A stretch of 64,000 bases of DNA. Origin: Myxococcota bacterium (GTDB taxonomy: Bacteria; Myxococcota_A; Polyangia; Nannocystales; Nannocystaceae). The stretch spans positions 64,001 through 128,000 of the forward strand of contig JBCCWC010000004.1 of assembly GCA_039194325.1 (NCBI GenBank), in the 5' to 3' direction. The notes beneath the pieces are model-generated. The model was not told the DNA's origin, searched no databases, and saw nothing but the letters and a program-made list of their open reading frames with translations. Positions 11,006 to 20,554 of this stretch are shown here, piece after piece; position 1 is the stretch's first letter, and each line of letters starts with the position of its first letter. A program made the position numbers and the translations under genes.

Positions 11006-12648
11006 AGCGTGGTTCCCGTCTGCTCGACGATCCGGCCCGCGTCCAGTCGCACGACCCGGTCGGCGAGATGAAAGAACCGGTCATCATGTGTGACCACCAC
11101 GAGCGTACGCCCCTCGTCACGCAGGCGCGGGAGCATCTGTTCGTAGAAGGCCGCCCGAGCGTGCGGATCCTGGGACGCAGCCCACTCGTCGAGGATCATG
11201 ACGGGGCGCCCTTCGAGGCGCGCCACGATCATCGCCAGGCGCTTCTTTTGTCCCGCGGACAGATCGATCGTCGAGAAGGCCCCGTCGGTCACGGTGAGGT
11301 GCTCGCGGAGACCGTATTCTTGCAGCAATCGGTCCAGCTCTTGCGGCGACGCATCCTCGAGCCCGTAGAGTCGGTCGAAGAGGCGCTGGTCCGCGAACAC
11401 GACCGTGAACAGCGCGCGGTACCAGGCCGCCGAGGACCGCTCGACGCGCTGGCCATCGACATAGAGGCCGCCCGCCTGCGGCCAGTACAGCCCCGAGAGC
11501 AGCTTCATCACCGTGCTCTTGCCGCTACCGTTGTTGCCGATCACAAACAGCAACTCTCCTCGCCGCAGCGACAGATCCAGGGGGCCGAGCGAAAAACGAG
11601 ATGGATCGCCATAGTCGTACTCGACACCGCGAAGGGAGATCGTCGAGAAATCGAGGGGACGTAGTGGATCTCGCGAATGTGCGGGGTCGAGGCCAAGGTG
11701 GGCGTCGAGATCGGGATCAAGTTCGGGCGCGGGGTCGAGCCCACCGAGCAGCTCGTCGAGCTTGGCGAGGATCCCCTCGAGCTCTTCGAACTTCAGTCGC
11801 GCGATCGTCAGCGCCGAGACACGATCGATGTTGTTGATCAAGATCGAGGCGAACAGAATGACCGTGACCGCCTCGAGCCCCGCTCCGGGGCCCCGCCCGA
11901 GCAAGAACCAGATCGCGGCGAGTAACGCCGTATGCGTGGCGACCCTGGCCCTGCGCTCGATGCCTTGCACCTGCACCTGGCCCCGGCCCCAGTCCCGGAA
12001 GCGCTCTTGGAGCTCGGCGACCATTCGCTGCCCGGCACGCTCGTCGAGCCGAAACAAGACGAACCCCTCCAGCAGCCGCTCGATGGACGAACGCGAGCGC
12101 GCGCGCTCGTCGTGCACACCAATAGCGGTCTGGCGGTAGTGCGTTCGGTTCTGATAGGTGTGCCTGGCGAGAAACGCCAAGATTCCCGTGATCGCGATGA
12201 ACATGAGCGGTGAGGCCACTGCCAGGTATGCCGCTACGGTCACGAGCTTGAGCACGGCGTTGAAAGTCTGGATGACGGACCCCCGGATCGCGACGAGCTT
12301 CTCCAGACTTCGGGTATACTGGGTGACCAGGTGGGGGCACTGCTCGATGCTTCGTAGCTCAGTTGACCGAATTCGCGTGATCAGCCGATCCTGATACTCG
12401 AGCAGTACGTCCTCGAAAATCGTCGTGAGCCTCACCGAGCAATAACGAAACAGCAGCGTGAGCACGCCCAGGGCGAGGATGAGCGCTCCGATCAACGCGC
12501 GGTAGCCATCCGAGTCCGTGTCGAGGAAGGCCGACTCGTGAACCAGCGGCAAGACCAGGCCCATCGCGGCACCCACCGTGGCGAGCAGCGCCAGCTGGAG
12601 CACGAGCTGTCTGCGGTGGGCCGGCGAAAGGAGCGCCACGAGCCTCAC
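11002..12648 (-). CDS. Cyclic peptide export ABC transporter (PvdE/SyrD/YojI family), fused permease/ATPase
   Basis: N-terminal TM helices. GNNGSGKST; LSAGQKKRLA; ILDEWAASQDP; VVVTHDDRFF. Confidence 0.88.
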   Translation of the reverse strand: MRLVALLSPAHRRQLVLQLALLATVGAAMGLVLPLVHESAFLDTDSDGYRALIGALILALGVLTLLFRYCSVRLTTIFEDVLLEYQDRLITRIRSTELRSIEQCPHLVTQYTRSLEKLVAIRGSVIQTFNAVLKLVTVAAYLAVASPLMFIAITGILAFLARHTYQNRTHYRQTAIGVHDERARSRSSIERLLEGFVLFRLDERAGQRMVAELQERFRDWGRGQVQVQGIERRARVATHTALLAAIWFLLGRGPGAGLEAVTVILFASILINNIDRVSALTIARLKFEELEGILAKLDELLGGLDPAPELDPDLDAHLGLDPAHSRDPLRPLDFSTISLRGVEYDYGDPSRFSLGPLDLSLRRGELLFVIGNNGSGKSTVMKLLSGLYWPQAGGLYVDGQRVERSSAAWYRALFTVVFADQRLFDRLYGLEDASPQELDRLLQEYGLREHLTVTDGAFSTIDLSAGQKKRLAMIVARLEGRPVMILDEWAASQDPHARAAFYEQMLPRLRDEGRTLVVVTHDDRFFHLADRVVRLDAGRIVEQTGTTL

Positions 12649-14303
12649 GGAATGATCTCCCCCTCGCGTAGAGCAATGATCCGATCAGCGCGGTCGAAGT
12701 AGTGATCGTCGTGGCTGACCGCGATCACCAGGCGGCCTTGCTGCCTCAGCTCGGGGAGGATCTGCTCGTAGAAGATGCGGACGAAGCGCGGATCTTGATC
12801 CGCCGCCCACTCGTCGAAGATGAAGACCGGGCGATCGCGCATCAGCGCGGCGACCATGGCCAGTCGCTTTCGCTGGCCGGTCGACAGCTCCACCGTGGAG
12901 AAGCGACCGGACGCAAACGAGATGCTCCCGGCCAGCTCCAAGCGCTCGAGCAGCGCGTTCACCTTCGTCGGGTCGGCGTCCTCGGCCCCGTATAGCTGGT
13001 TGAAGATCGGGGCCGAGACCGGCACGTAGCAAAACTGATCCCGGTAGCTCCTCGCCGTGGTTTCGGTGCGCTCGCCGTTGACATACACCGCACCACTACG
13101 CGGTAGGTAGAGGCCCGCGAGCAAGTGGATGAGCGTAGACTTCCCGCTACCGTTATCGCCGGTCATGAACACGAGCTCACCCGCTCGCAACGTCAGATCG
13201 ATCGGTCCGACGACGAATCGATCTAGCCCCTCGGCCTCGTGAGCATACGACAGCCCGCGCAGCTCCAGCGAGGCGAAGGGCGACGGCGTCTGGTCATTGC
13301 CCTGATTCGCTGCGCGGGCACGGGCGCCGATCTCGGCGTCGAGCTGCTCGAGGCGATCGAGCGCCACCCCGGCGTTGAGCATCTCCGGGATGGAACTGGC
13401 AGTCGTCGTGATCGCATAGGTCGCGTATGTCAAGATCAGGATCGTGCTCGCGACCACACTGGTCGATGCGGGGTAGAGCAGACGGAGGCCGAAGCCGACG
13501 AACCCGATGATCCCGTAGACCACGAACCGCTGGAGCAAGATCGACTTGCTCAGGGTCTTGCGGATCGCGATGCGCTCCTGGCCCATCTGTGCGGCGCACT
13601 GGTGCAGCTCGCGGGCGATCGCGTCCCCGCGGGGGGGATGGCCGACGATCTGCTTGAACGCGGTGACGAGCAGGCTGACCCGCCCGTAGAGGATCGACTT
13701 GAGCGACGCGATCCGAGCGGCGGCAGCGCGAGCCGCCGACTTGCGCGCTGCGATCAGGATGGCCAGCACTACGATCGTCGGTAGCACGATCACGGACAGG
13801 AGCACTGACGTAGCCAGAGCGTACATGGTCACGATGATCGCCATCGCGATGCTGCGCGTCATGAGGGTGAACGAGATCGCGAACGACTGCACCAGCTCGG
13901 CGTCGGATGTCAGGCGCACGACGATCTCCTGGGGACCGAGTTGCTCGATGCTATGCAGATCCAGTCGCCGGATCCGATCGACGACTCGCTCCCGGAGCTG
14001 CTCGACACGGGCACAGAACGCGTCGGTGCCTCGCGCGAGGAGCTTGTCGAGGTGGAGCCGCGACAGGAGCATGCCGATCACGAACTGCACGAGCCGGCCC
14101 GCAAGGTTCAGGTCTTCGGCCGTGATGCTGTGGAGGAGCAGCAGATCCGCGGCGGCGAGAATCGCGGCGTCCCATGCGTAAGGCAAGAGCGAGGGTCGCT
14201 CGGGAGAGCGCATCAGCTGTGCCATTCGCCGGTAGTTGCGGTACAGCTCGACCGCAGAGGGCAATGCGGGGTCGTCGGTACTCACGAAGCGCAGGTGTCC
14301 CAC
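12645..14303 (-). CDS. Second PvdE/SyrD/YojI-family ABC transporter
   Basis: GDNGSGKST; LSTGQRKRLA; IFDEWAADQDP; VSHDDHYF. Stop overlaps the next gene's GTG. Start uncertain (14225, 14303 or 14462). Confidence 0.85.
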   Translation of the reverse strand: MGHLRFVSTDDPALPSAVELYRNYRRMAQLMRSPERPSLLPYAWDAAILAAADLLLLHSITAEDLNLAGRLVQFVIGMLLSRLHLDKLLARGTDAFCARVEQLRERVVDRIRRLDLHSIEQLGPQEIVVRLTSDAELVQSFAISFTLMTRSIAMAIIVTMYALATSVLLSVIVLPTIVVLAILIAARKSAARAAAARIASLKSILYGRVSLLVTAFKQIVGHPPRGDAIARELHQCAAQMGQERIAIRKTLSKSILLQRFVVYGIIGFVGFGLRLLYPASTSVVASTILILTYATYAITTTASSIPEMLNAGVALDRLEQLDAEIGARARAANQGNDQTPSPFASLELRGLSYAHEAEGLDRFVVGPIDLTLRAGELVFMTGDNGSGKSTLIHLLAGLYLPRSGAVYVNGERTETTARSYRDQFCYVPVSAPIFNQLYGAEDADPTKVNALLERLELAGSISFASGRFSTVELSTGQRKRLAMVAALMRDRPVFIFDEWAADQDPRFVRIFYEQILPELRQQGRLVIAVSHDDHYFDRADRIIALREGEIIP

Positions 14304-14589
14304 TGAGGAAACATCGATGGTCGTTTCGCGGACAAGGATCTGCTGGACCTGCCTGGAAGCGCCAAACCTATCACGGGTGACCGATGATTGCGGCTCATGC
14401 CCGATCTCTGCTATACAGCTGATGAGGCTAAGCTGCACCGACACTCCGAGGCGGCTCGGCACCGGTGCTGCGATGGGCTCGGTCAGACCATGGTAGCCGC
14501 TCGTCGAGCACTCGCAGGATGCTAGCGGCTCCGTATGGTCGAGGAGTGGACCTGTGCTAGATTGTCATCGCTGCTCCGTGTGAACATCA

Positions 14590-16062
14590 ATGATCACCAA
14601 CACATCCGCCCATGGGCTCGTCACCGTCACGATGTCCGCATTCAACAATGAGGACACCATAGCGGCGGCGATCGAATCGTTGCTTGCGCAGAGCTATACG
14701 CGCTGGGAGCTCATCGCCATCGACGACGCAAGCGAGGACAAAACCTTCGACATCATGCGGCGCTACAGCGCCAACGACGAGAGGATCTGCATCCGTCGCA
14801 ATGCGGTCAACCGGGGGACCTACTGGAACCGGAACAAGGCAATCGTGCTCGGCAACGGCGAGTTCATCACCAATCTCGACGCTGACGACGCCTTCGCCCC
14901 CGACAAGCTAGCCAAGCAAATCGCCGCGCTCGGGGCGGCCAGCGCGTGCCTGTGCTTCTACGAGCGACCCGGGCGTCATGCGTTCCATGTCGGTTCCAAT
15001 ACGATGCTCTTTCGGCGCAAGGTCATCGATACGATCGGCTACTTCGACAGCGTACGGTACGACGCGGACACAGAATACATGCTTCGGCTCGGCGCGTGCT
15101 TCCCGATCATCCAGATCCCGGACATCCTATACCGGTACTCCGCACGCCCCGATTCTCTGACGGAGGCCCCCGAGACCGGGGTCGACAGCCCCGTGGGCCA
15201 AGCACGACGGCGCAAGTACGCCGCCCACTACCGCCGTTGGCACCGCAGCGAGACGTTTCCATTCGTCAATTTCCCGCCGGTGCGACGCCCGTTCGCGCTC
15301 GGCCATGAGAGCCAGCGCTGCCCTCCCGAGCCCGTCGTCGTCAGTATCGCGACCTTCCCCGAGCGCCGGGAATCCCTCGCGCAAACGCTGGAGTCCATCT
15401 ACCCCTGGGTCGACCGTATCAACCTCTGCCTCAACGAATACGAGTCCACTCCTTCCTCTCTAGTGGATGACAAGATCCACGTCCACATCGGCGGGCCGGA
15501 TCGCGGCGACGCCGGTAAGTTCCTGTGGTCCAATGCCATCGAGGGCTATCACTTCACGTGTGATGACGATATCATCTACTCACGTCAGTACTTCGAGGTC
15601 CTGCTCACCTCGATCGAGCGCTACGAACGGGAGGCAATCGTTGGCCTACACGGCAGCATGCTGCGCCGCGTCGACGCTCCCGACTTCTACTCTCCCCAAG
15701 ACCGAGAGACGATTACGTTCCGCCAACGCCTCGTAGCGGATCGTAGGGTCGACTTCTTGGGGACGGGGCTAATGGCCTATCACACGCAGCATATTCATAT
15801 CTCGCCCGATGCATTCCCCACGATGAACATGGCGGACGTCTTCCTCGGGATCTTCGCATCCGATCACGACATCCCGCTGATCCAATGCGCGTCGCGCGAG
15901 CCTGTGGTTCGCGACAACTCATGTGCGCAGCGCAACTCGATCTACCGGCACTGCCTCGAGAACAAGCCGACCAAGATGAACCAGCGCGCCACAGTCAACC
16001 GCTTCCTCGCCGAGGCGCAATGGGGCGATCGCACTCAGACGCCTTCACTGCGCATCCCCTGA
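14590..16062 (+). CDS. Bifunctional heparosan-synthase-like glycosyltransferase (KfiC-like GT2 + KfiA-like GT45; PmHS1/PmHS2 type)
   Basis: N-domain: IDDASEDKTF, NRGTY, LDADD, FRRKVIDTIGYF, R.DSL. C-domain: PVVVSIATFPER, GDAGKF, GYHFTCDDDIIY, VGLHG, VDFLGTG, NMADVF. These are collinear with motifs I recall from Pasteurella PmHS1 (NLGTY, QDSDD, RDNGKF, GYYITCDDDIRY, IGLHG, VNILGTG, GMVDIY). Confidence 0.8.
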   Translation: MITNTSAHGLVTVTMSAFNNEDTIAAAIESLLAQSYTRWELIAIDDASEDKTFDIMRRYSANDERICIRRNAVNRGTYWNRNKAIVLGNGEFITNLDADDAFAPDKLAKQIAALGAASACLCFYERPGRHAFHVGSNTMLFRRKVIDTIGYFDSVRYDADTEYMLRLGACFPIIQIPDILYRYSARPDSLTEAPETGVDSPVGQARRRKYAAHYRRWHRSETFPFVNFPPVRRPFALGHESQRCPPEPVVVSIATFPERRESLAQTLESIYPWVDRINLCLNEYESTPSSLVDDKIHVHIGGPDRGDAGKFLWSNAIEGYHFTCDDDIIYSRQYFEVLLTSIERYEREAIVGLHGSMLRRVDAPDFYSPQDRETITFRQRLVADRRVDFLGTGLMAYHTQHIHISPDAFPTMNMADVFLGIFASDHDIPLIQCASREPVVRDNSCAQRNSIYRHCLENKPTKMNQRATVNRFLAEAQWGDRTQTPSLRIP

Positions 16063-16074
16063 GGCCCACTTTCC

Positions 16075-16686
16075 ATGGAGTTCATGCCACGCTCGGCTCG
16101 CTCCGCCTGCGCTGCCCCCGACAAGCTCATGGTCGTCGCGCACCCCGACGACGAAGCGCTGTTCGGCGGACAAGAGCTGCTGCGAACGCCCGGGTGGTTG
16201 GTCTTGTGCATGACCCATGGCGACAACCCGCAGCGACGCCAGCACTTCGCACAGGCCCTCGAGCTGGCCGCGGCCCATGGTGTGCAATGGGCATATCCAG
16301 ATCGACCCGGGCGCTCTAGACAGCCCGAGGCCGCCCGAGCAGACTGGACACCATACCTTCCACAGATGCGCACGAGGTTGCTCGCGCTCTATCGTCGGCA
16401 CACCTTCTCGAAAGTCGTGACCCACGGCCAGGCAGGCGAGTACGGTCACGAGCATCACCGCATGGTGCACCAACTTGTGACGCGCACATTGCCAACCTCC
16501 GAGATCCGTTGCTTCTGCGTCGGCGAGCCGATCGAGCCGTCGCTCCTCGAACGGAAGCTCGTGCTCCTGGCCGTCTACAAGGAGCAGATCACACACCGCG
16601 AACGGGAAAAGTACGCGCAGTGGGTCTACTGTGCGGCGACCCGCGCGTACACGCTCCAGACGGGGACAGACGATGAGCCCTCCTGA
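16075..16686 (+). CDS. PIG-L/LmbE family N-acetylglucosamine deacetylase
   Basis: VVAHPDDEALFGG; VVTHG..GEYGHEHH. Confidence 0.85.
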   Translation: MEFMPRSARSACAAPDKLMVVAHPDDEALFGGQELLRTPGWLVLCMTHGDNPQRRQHFAQALELAAAHGVQWAYPDRPGRSRQPEAARADWTPYLPQMRTRLLALYRRHTFSKVVTHGQAGEYGHEHHRMVHQLVTRTLPTSEIRCFCVGEPIEPSLLERKLVLLAVYKEQITHREREKYAQWVYCAATRAYTLQTGTDDEPS

Positions 16687-18715
16687 GAAGTCGGCCCATA
16701 GGCTCGAAGTTCCGCCCGAGTTCGTCGCGTCGCGGATGGCCGAGCAACTGCCTCATACCCACCCGCGGCTGCTGTACACGCGCCCGCGGCTCGAGCAGAT
16801 CCGAGACACGCTGCAAACGACCCGCCGGCAGGGCTGGGGCCGGCTGCTCCGCGACGCAGAGCGGGCTCGGGAGCGCAGCGTCGTTCCCGTATATCCGAGC
16901 TATCGGTCCATCGAGGATCGCAAAGCGCGACAGATCGCCTACAAGCGCTACTATATGGAATTGCGCCAAGATGTGGACGCCGGGTTGCAACCTCTCGCGC
17001 TCGCGTACCTGGTCACCCAGAGTCGGCGGTACCTCGAGCCGGCCAAGGCCATCGCGCTCGAACTCGCCCAATGGCCGACGAATAAAGAAGACATCACCTC
17101 CGTGTTCCCACGCTGGGGCTGGGATGAGGTCGGCTTGAGCATCGCCCGTTGCCTGCACCGCGCATACGACTGGCTCTACGACGGGCTCTCGGACGACGAA
17201 CGAGCTCGCCTGTCACGCGCCTGCATCGCGCGCGCTACGCAGGTATACCTTCGACTGCAACAGGTTGACTTCCTTGCGAACCCCCAATGCAGCCACTGCA
17301 ATCGCCTCATCACCTACCTCGGCGAGATGGGGCTCGTCCTCGGGCAAGAGACACGCGAGGCTACCGAGTGGTTCGTGTATTCTGTACGCGCGATGACGAC
17401 CGTATACCCGTATTGGGCTACGGACGACGGTGGTTGGTCGGAGGGACTGTGGTACGCGCACGACTATCTAGAGCTCGCTGCACCGCTCTTGGTCGCGCTC
17501 TCGGGTGAGCGTTGCGTGGATCTGTGGCGTCGCCCCGTTTTCAAGAACCTACCCGACTTCATCTTCTACTGCGTAGCCCTGCACGGTGAGATGTTGCCCT
17601 TTGGCGACGGCGCAGAGCTGGATCGGTCCTGCTCGGCCAGCACCCACTTCGGGCGGCTCATGACGCTGTGGAGCCACATCTACGAGGACCCGAAGCTCAC
17701 GTGGTGGACCTCGATGGCGAACGCGCGCGACGAGTCGAGCTGGGAGCTAGAGCTCTACTTCGAGGATCTCCCGCCTCGTGACCCCCTCCCTTCGCTCCCG
17801 GACGCGATCCCCGGTGCCCGCCGGTTCTCGGGGGTCGGCTGGGCCGCGATCCACGGCAACTTATGCGATCCTCGGCGCGACACCGTGTTGCTGTTCAAGA
17901 GCAGCCCATTCGGCAGTGTCTCGCACAGCCACGCCGATCAGAACACCTTCGCGATCTCGAAGGGCGGGCGCGCCCTCGCGATCCCCTCCGGATACTACGG
18001 GCCCGCATACGGCCTGCCGCATCACTCCGAGTGGACCCAGAGCACGAAAGCCAACAACTGCATCCTTGTCGACGGTCGAGGGCAATCACGCCAAGATCCC
18101 GCCGCGGTCGGCCAGATCATCGCATTTCACGATTCTTCTACGATGACCTACGTTGCCGGCGACGCAACGTCCGCCTACGCGGGAGCGCTGCTTCGTTGCC
18201 ATCGCCACATCCTCATGATCCGACCGGGTGTGATCCTCATGCTCGACGAGCTCGAAGCGCCACGGCCCGCGCACTTTACCTGGCTCCTGCACAGCCTCGG
18301 CGAGATGCGCCTTCGCGAGGATGGCGCTGTCGTGCAGCGTGGCGACGCACGGCTGGACGTAACTTTGCTGTGCACCGAGGGGCTGGAGCTGCATCAAGAC
18401 GACCGCTTCGATCCTCCGTACGACGCAGGACTACCGCCAGGATTGGTCCCCAACAAGCCCGCACAGTGGCATCTGTCTGCTACGACGCTTGCTCCTGCCC
18501 GGCGCGTTCGGATCGCGGCGGTGATGAGCGTGAGCGACGAGTACGAGCGTCTCCCGCTCCAGCTTGGGCGCGCAGATGCGTGGGCCACCGTGCATACTCA
18601 CCACGGAGCGCGTTCGATCTTGGGCGGAGTCCGCTGGCATCCCACCCAAGAGGGCGACGCTTCTCTACTCTTCGGCGAGGTCGAGGGGCGCAGATCATGG
18701 TTCCCGAGCCCGTAG
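16673..18715 (+). CDS. Heparinase II/III-DUF4962 family enzyme (PL15-like lyase fold)
   Basis: HPRLL, AYDWLYD, SH, DGGWSEG.WY, PFGD, FKSSPFGSVSHSHADQNTF, NNCILVDG.GQ, WLLHS. No signal peptide. ATG overlaps the deacetylase 3' end. Confidence 0.85.
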   Translation: MSPPEKSAHRLEVPPEFVASRMAEQLPHTHPRLLYTRPRLEQIRDTLQTTRRQGWGRLLRDAERARERSVVPVYPSYRSIEDRKARQIAYKRYYMELRQDVDAGLQPLALAYLVTQSRRYLEPAKAIALELAQWPTNKEDITSVFPRWGWDEVGLSIARCLHRAYDWLYDGLSDDERARLSRACIARATQVYLRLQQVDFLANPQCSHCNRLITYLGEMGLVLGQETREATEWFVYSVRAMTTVYPYWATDDGGWSEGLWYAHDYLELAAPLLVALSGERCVDLWRRPVFKNLPDFIFYCVALHGEMLPFGDGAELDRSCSASTHFGRLMTLWSHIYEDPKLTWWTSMANARDESSWELELYFEDLPPRDPLPSLPDAIPGARRFSGVGWAAIHGNLCDPRRDTVLLFKSSPFGSVSHSHADQNTFAISKGGRALAIPSGYYGPAYGLPHHSEWTQSTKANNCILVDGRGQSRQDPAAVGQIIAFHDSSTMTYVAGDATSAYAGALLRCHRHILMIRPGVILMLDELEAPRPAHFTWLLHSLGEMRLREDGAVVQRGDARLDVTLLCTEGLELHQDDRFDPPYDAGLPPGLVPNKPAQWHLSATTLAPARRVRIAAVMSVSDEYERLPLQLGRADAWATVHTHHGARSILGGVRWHPTQEGDASLLFGEVEGRRSWFPSP

Positions 18716-19638
18716 AAACGAGCCGTCTCGCGCGTGTCGTGCATACAGAGGAGGCGAAGCTCTCCGAGCTCGACGCGGGCGCGGTCGTCGCACGCACGGG
18801 CGAGAACGGACCGATCTACTATCGACTCCCGTCGTTCTTCGTCATCGGGGTGATGAAGTGTGGCACGCGCGAGATGTTTTTGTGGCTCTCGCAGCATCCA
18901 AACCTAAAGGGTGCATCACGGACATACTTCTTCAAGGAAGTCGACCAGCTCGCCAAAGAGTGGCCCCGATATGCGTTTCGCGAGGAGTTTTGCGTAGGCG
19001 CAGAGCCCGACGAGGCGACGATTACATTCGAGCGCGCGCCCAATTACTTCGTGACCACAGATCAGGAGCATGCAGTCTCCGGTCTCGTACACCGCATGCT
19101 CCCATCCGCCAAGCTGATCGTCTTGCTACGAGATCCGGGCGAGCGGGCATACTCCCACTTCCAGATGAAGCGGAGGCATGCCGAGAAGGGCAAGATCGAC
19201 GCGCCGGAGTACCTAAATTGTGCGTTTGACGATGTCGTCCACGATTACCTCATGCGCGGTCGAGACAGCGACTTCAGGCGGCTGTTCAAGCTCGGATACT
19301 ATGCCGAGCATCTCGAGGGCTGGCTGGCACACTTTCCGCGCAGTCAGCTCTGCGTGCTGCTCCTCGAGGAATTCAAGCACGACCCCTTCGCTACGATGGA
19401 CCGAGTCCAGGAGTTCTTGTCCGTCCCTCGCATCGACTACCGCCAGAGAGCACAACAAGGCGAGCGAGGCTGGTGGACCATTCCCGGTCTCGTGTCCGCA
19501 CGGCATAGCCCCTCGTATGCGCCCATGTCTCCGACCGCACGCCGGCTGCTCACCGAGCACTATGCCCCGTGGACAATGAGGTTGCGACGGATGTTCCCCG
19601 GCCTCGCACTTCGTTGGGACGATACGATTCCGCACTGA
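18697..19638 (+). CDS. PAPS-dependent sulfotransferase, HS3ST/NDST-like (Sulfotransfer_1)
   Basis: 5'-PSB LPSFFVIGVMKCGTRE; FERAPNYF; 3'-PB LLRDPGERAYS; GYYAEHLEGWL.HFPRSQL. ATG at 18697 is in frame with ORF 17863. Confidence 0.88.
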   Translation: MVPEPVETSRLARVVHTEEAKLSELDAGAVVARTGENGPIYYRLPSFFVIGVMKCGTREMFLWLSQHPNLKGASRTYFFKEVDQLAKEWPRYAFREEFCVGAEPDEATITFERAPNYFVTTDQEHAVSGLVHRMLPSAKLIVLLRDPGERAYSHFQMKRRHAEKGKIDAPEYLNCAFDDVVHDYLMRGRDSDFRRLFKLGYYAEHLEGWLAHFPRSQLCVLLLEEFKHDPFATMDRVQEFLSVPRIDYRQRAQQGERGWWTIPGLVSARHSPSYAPMSPTARRLLTEHYAPWTMRLRRMFPGLALRWDDTIPH

Positions 19639-19645
19639 CCAGACC

Positions 19646-20551
19646 ATGAGCACCCCACGAAAGATCGTCTATTTTCCCGATGTGTGCCTCGAGGATCTCG
19701 ACGCGGGTGTCCTCGTCGCGTACCCTCGCAGCGAGGCCCATGGCCACCGGTATTACGCGGTGCCGAGCTTCCTGATCATCGGCGCCGCAAAGTCCGGTAC
19801 CCGAGAGCTGCTCAAGTGGCTCAACGAGCACCCGGATCTGAATCCGTCCCACAAAGAGGTAAACTTCTTCGACGAAGTCATCGATATCGAGAAGGAGTGG
19901 ATCCGGTACGTGCTCACGCCACATAACCAGGTTTCGAAGAAGGCGACGCACGCAGAGGTCTGCACGAGCCAGACGTTCGAGAAGTCTCCAGAATACATGT
20001 GGCGCAGAAATAACGGCGTCCCCGTCCCCGCCCTCGTCAGGCAGATGATGCCGAACGGTAAGTTCATCGTCATTCTCCGTAACCCGACGGATCGAGCATA
20101 CTCGGCGTATCAGATGCGGCGAAGAGGAACGAAGCTCAACCCAGCAAAGGGCGACCTCGGAAGCTTCGAAGACTTCATCTTTCGAGATGGTATGTTTACC
20201 GAGAGTCGTACATGCGTTCAGGCCGGACACTATGCGGAGCACCTCAAGGTATGGCTCGAATACTTCAGTCGCGATCAGCTGCTCGTCTTGTTCTCGGATG
20301 AATTTCGTGACACCCCCTTCCAGATGATGGAGAAGACATTGCGCTTCTTGGGTGTACCGAAGCTCGACTATCGGCCTCTCGCCACACGGGCCGAGCGAGG
20401 CTTTTGGGTCCTCAGGGGGCACGGCTCGAAGGCATTCGAGCCCGCGTATGCGCCGATGTCGCCGAACATGAGGGCACGGCTAGACGAGCATTATGCACCG
20501 TGGAATCAGCGGCTCAAAGAGATGTTCCCTACGCTCAACTTCCCGTGGTGA
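19646..20551 (+). CDS. PAPS-dependent sulfotransferase, HS3ST/NDST-like
   Basis: IIGAAKSGTRELLKWLNEHP; EVNFFD; FEKSPEY; LRNPTDRAYS; GHYAEHLKVWLEYFSRDQ; RGFW. Confidence 0.9.
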   Translation: MSTPRKIVYFPDVCLEDLDAGVLVAYPRSEAHGHRYYAVPSFLIIGAAKSGTRELLKWLNEHPDLNPSHKEVNFFDEVIDIEKEWIRYVLTPHNQVSKKATHAEVCTSQTFEKSPEYMWRRNNGVPVPALVRQMMPNGKFIVILRNPTDRAYSAYQMRRRGTKLNPAKGDLGSFEDFIFRDGMFTESRTCVQAGHYAEHLKVWLEYFSRDQLLVLFSDEFRDTPFQMMEKTLRFLGVPKLDYRPLATRAERGFWVLRGHGSKAFEPAYAPMSPNMRARLDEHYAPWNQRLKEMFPTLNFPW

Positions 20552-20554
20552 CCG

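Noticed and set aside
17863..18696. Long N-terminal extension of the first sulfotransferase in the ORF track
   Set aside because: It is an Arg/Pro-rich shadow frame over the lyase gene. The ATG at 18697 matches the starts of the paralogs.
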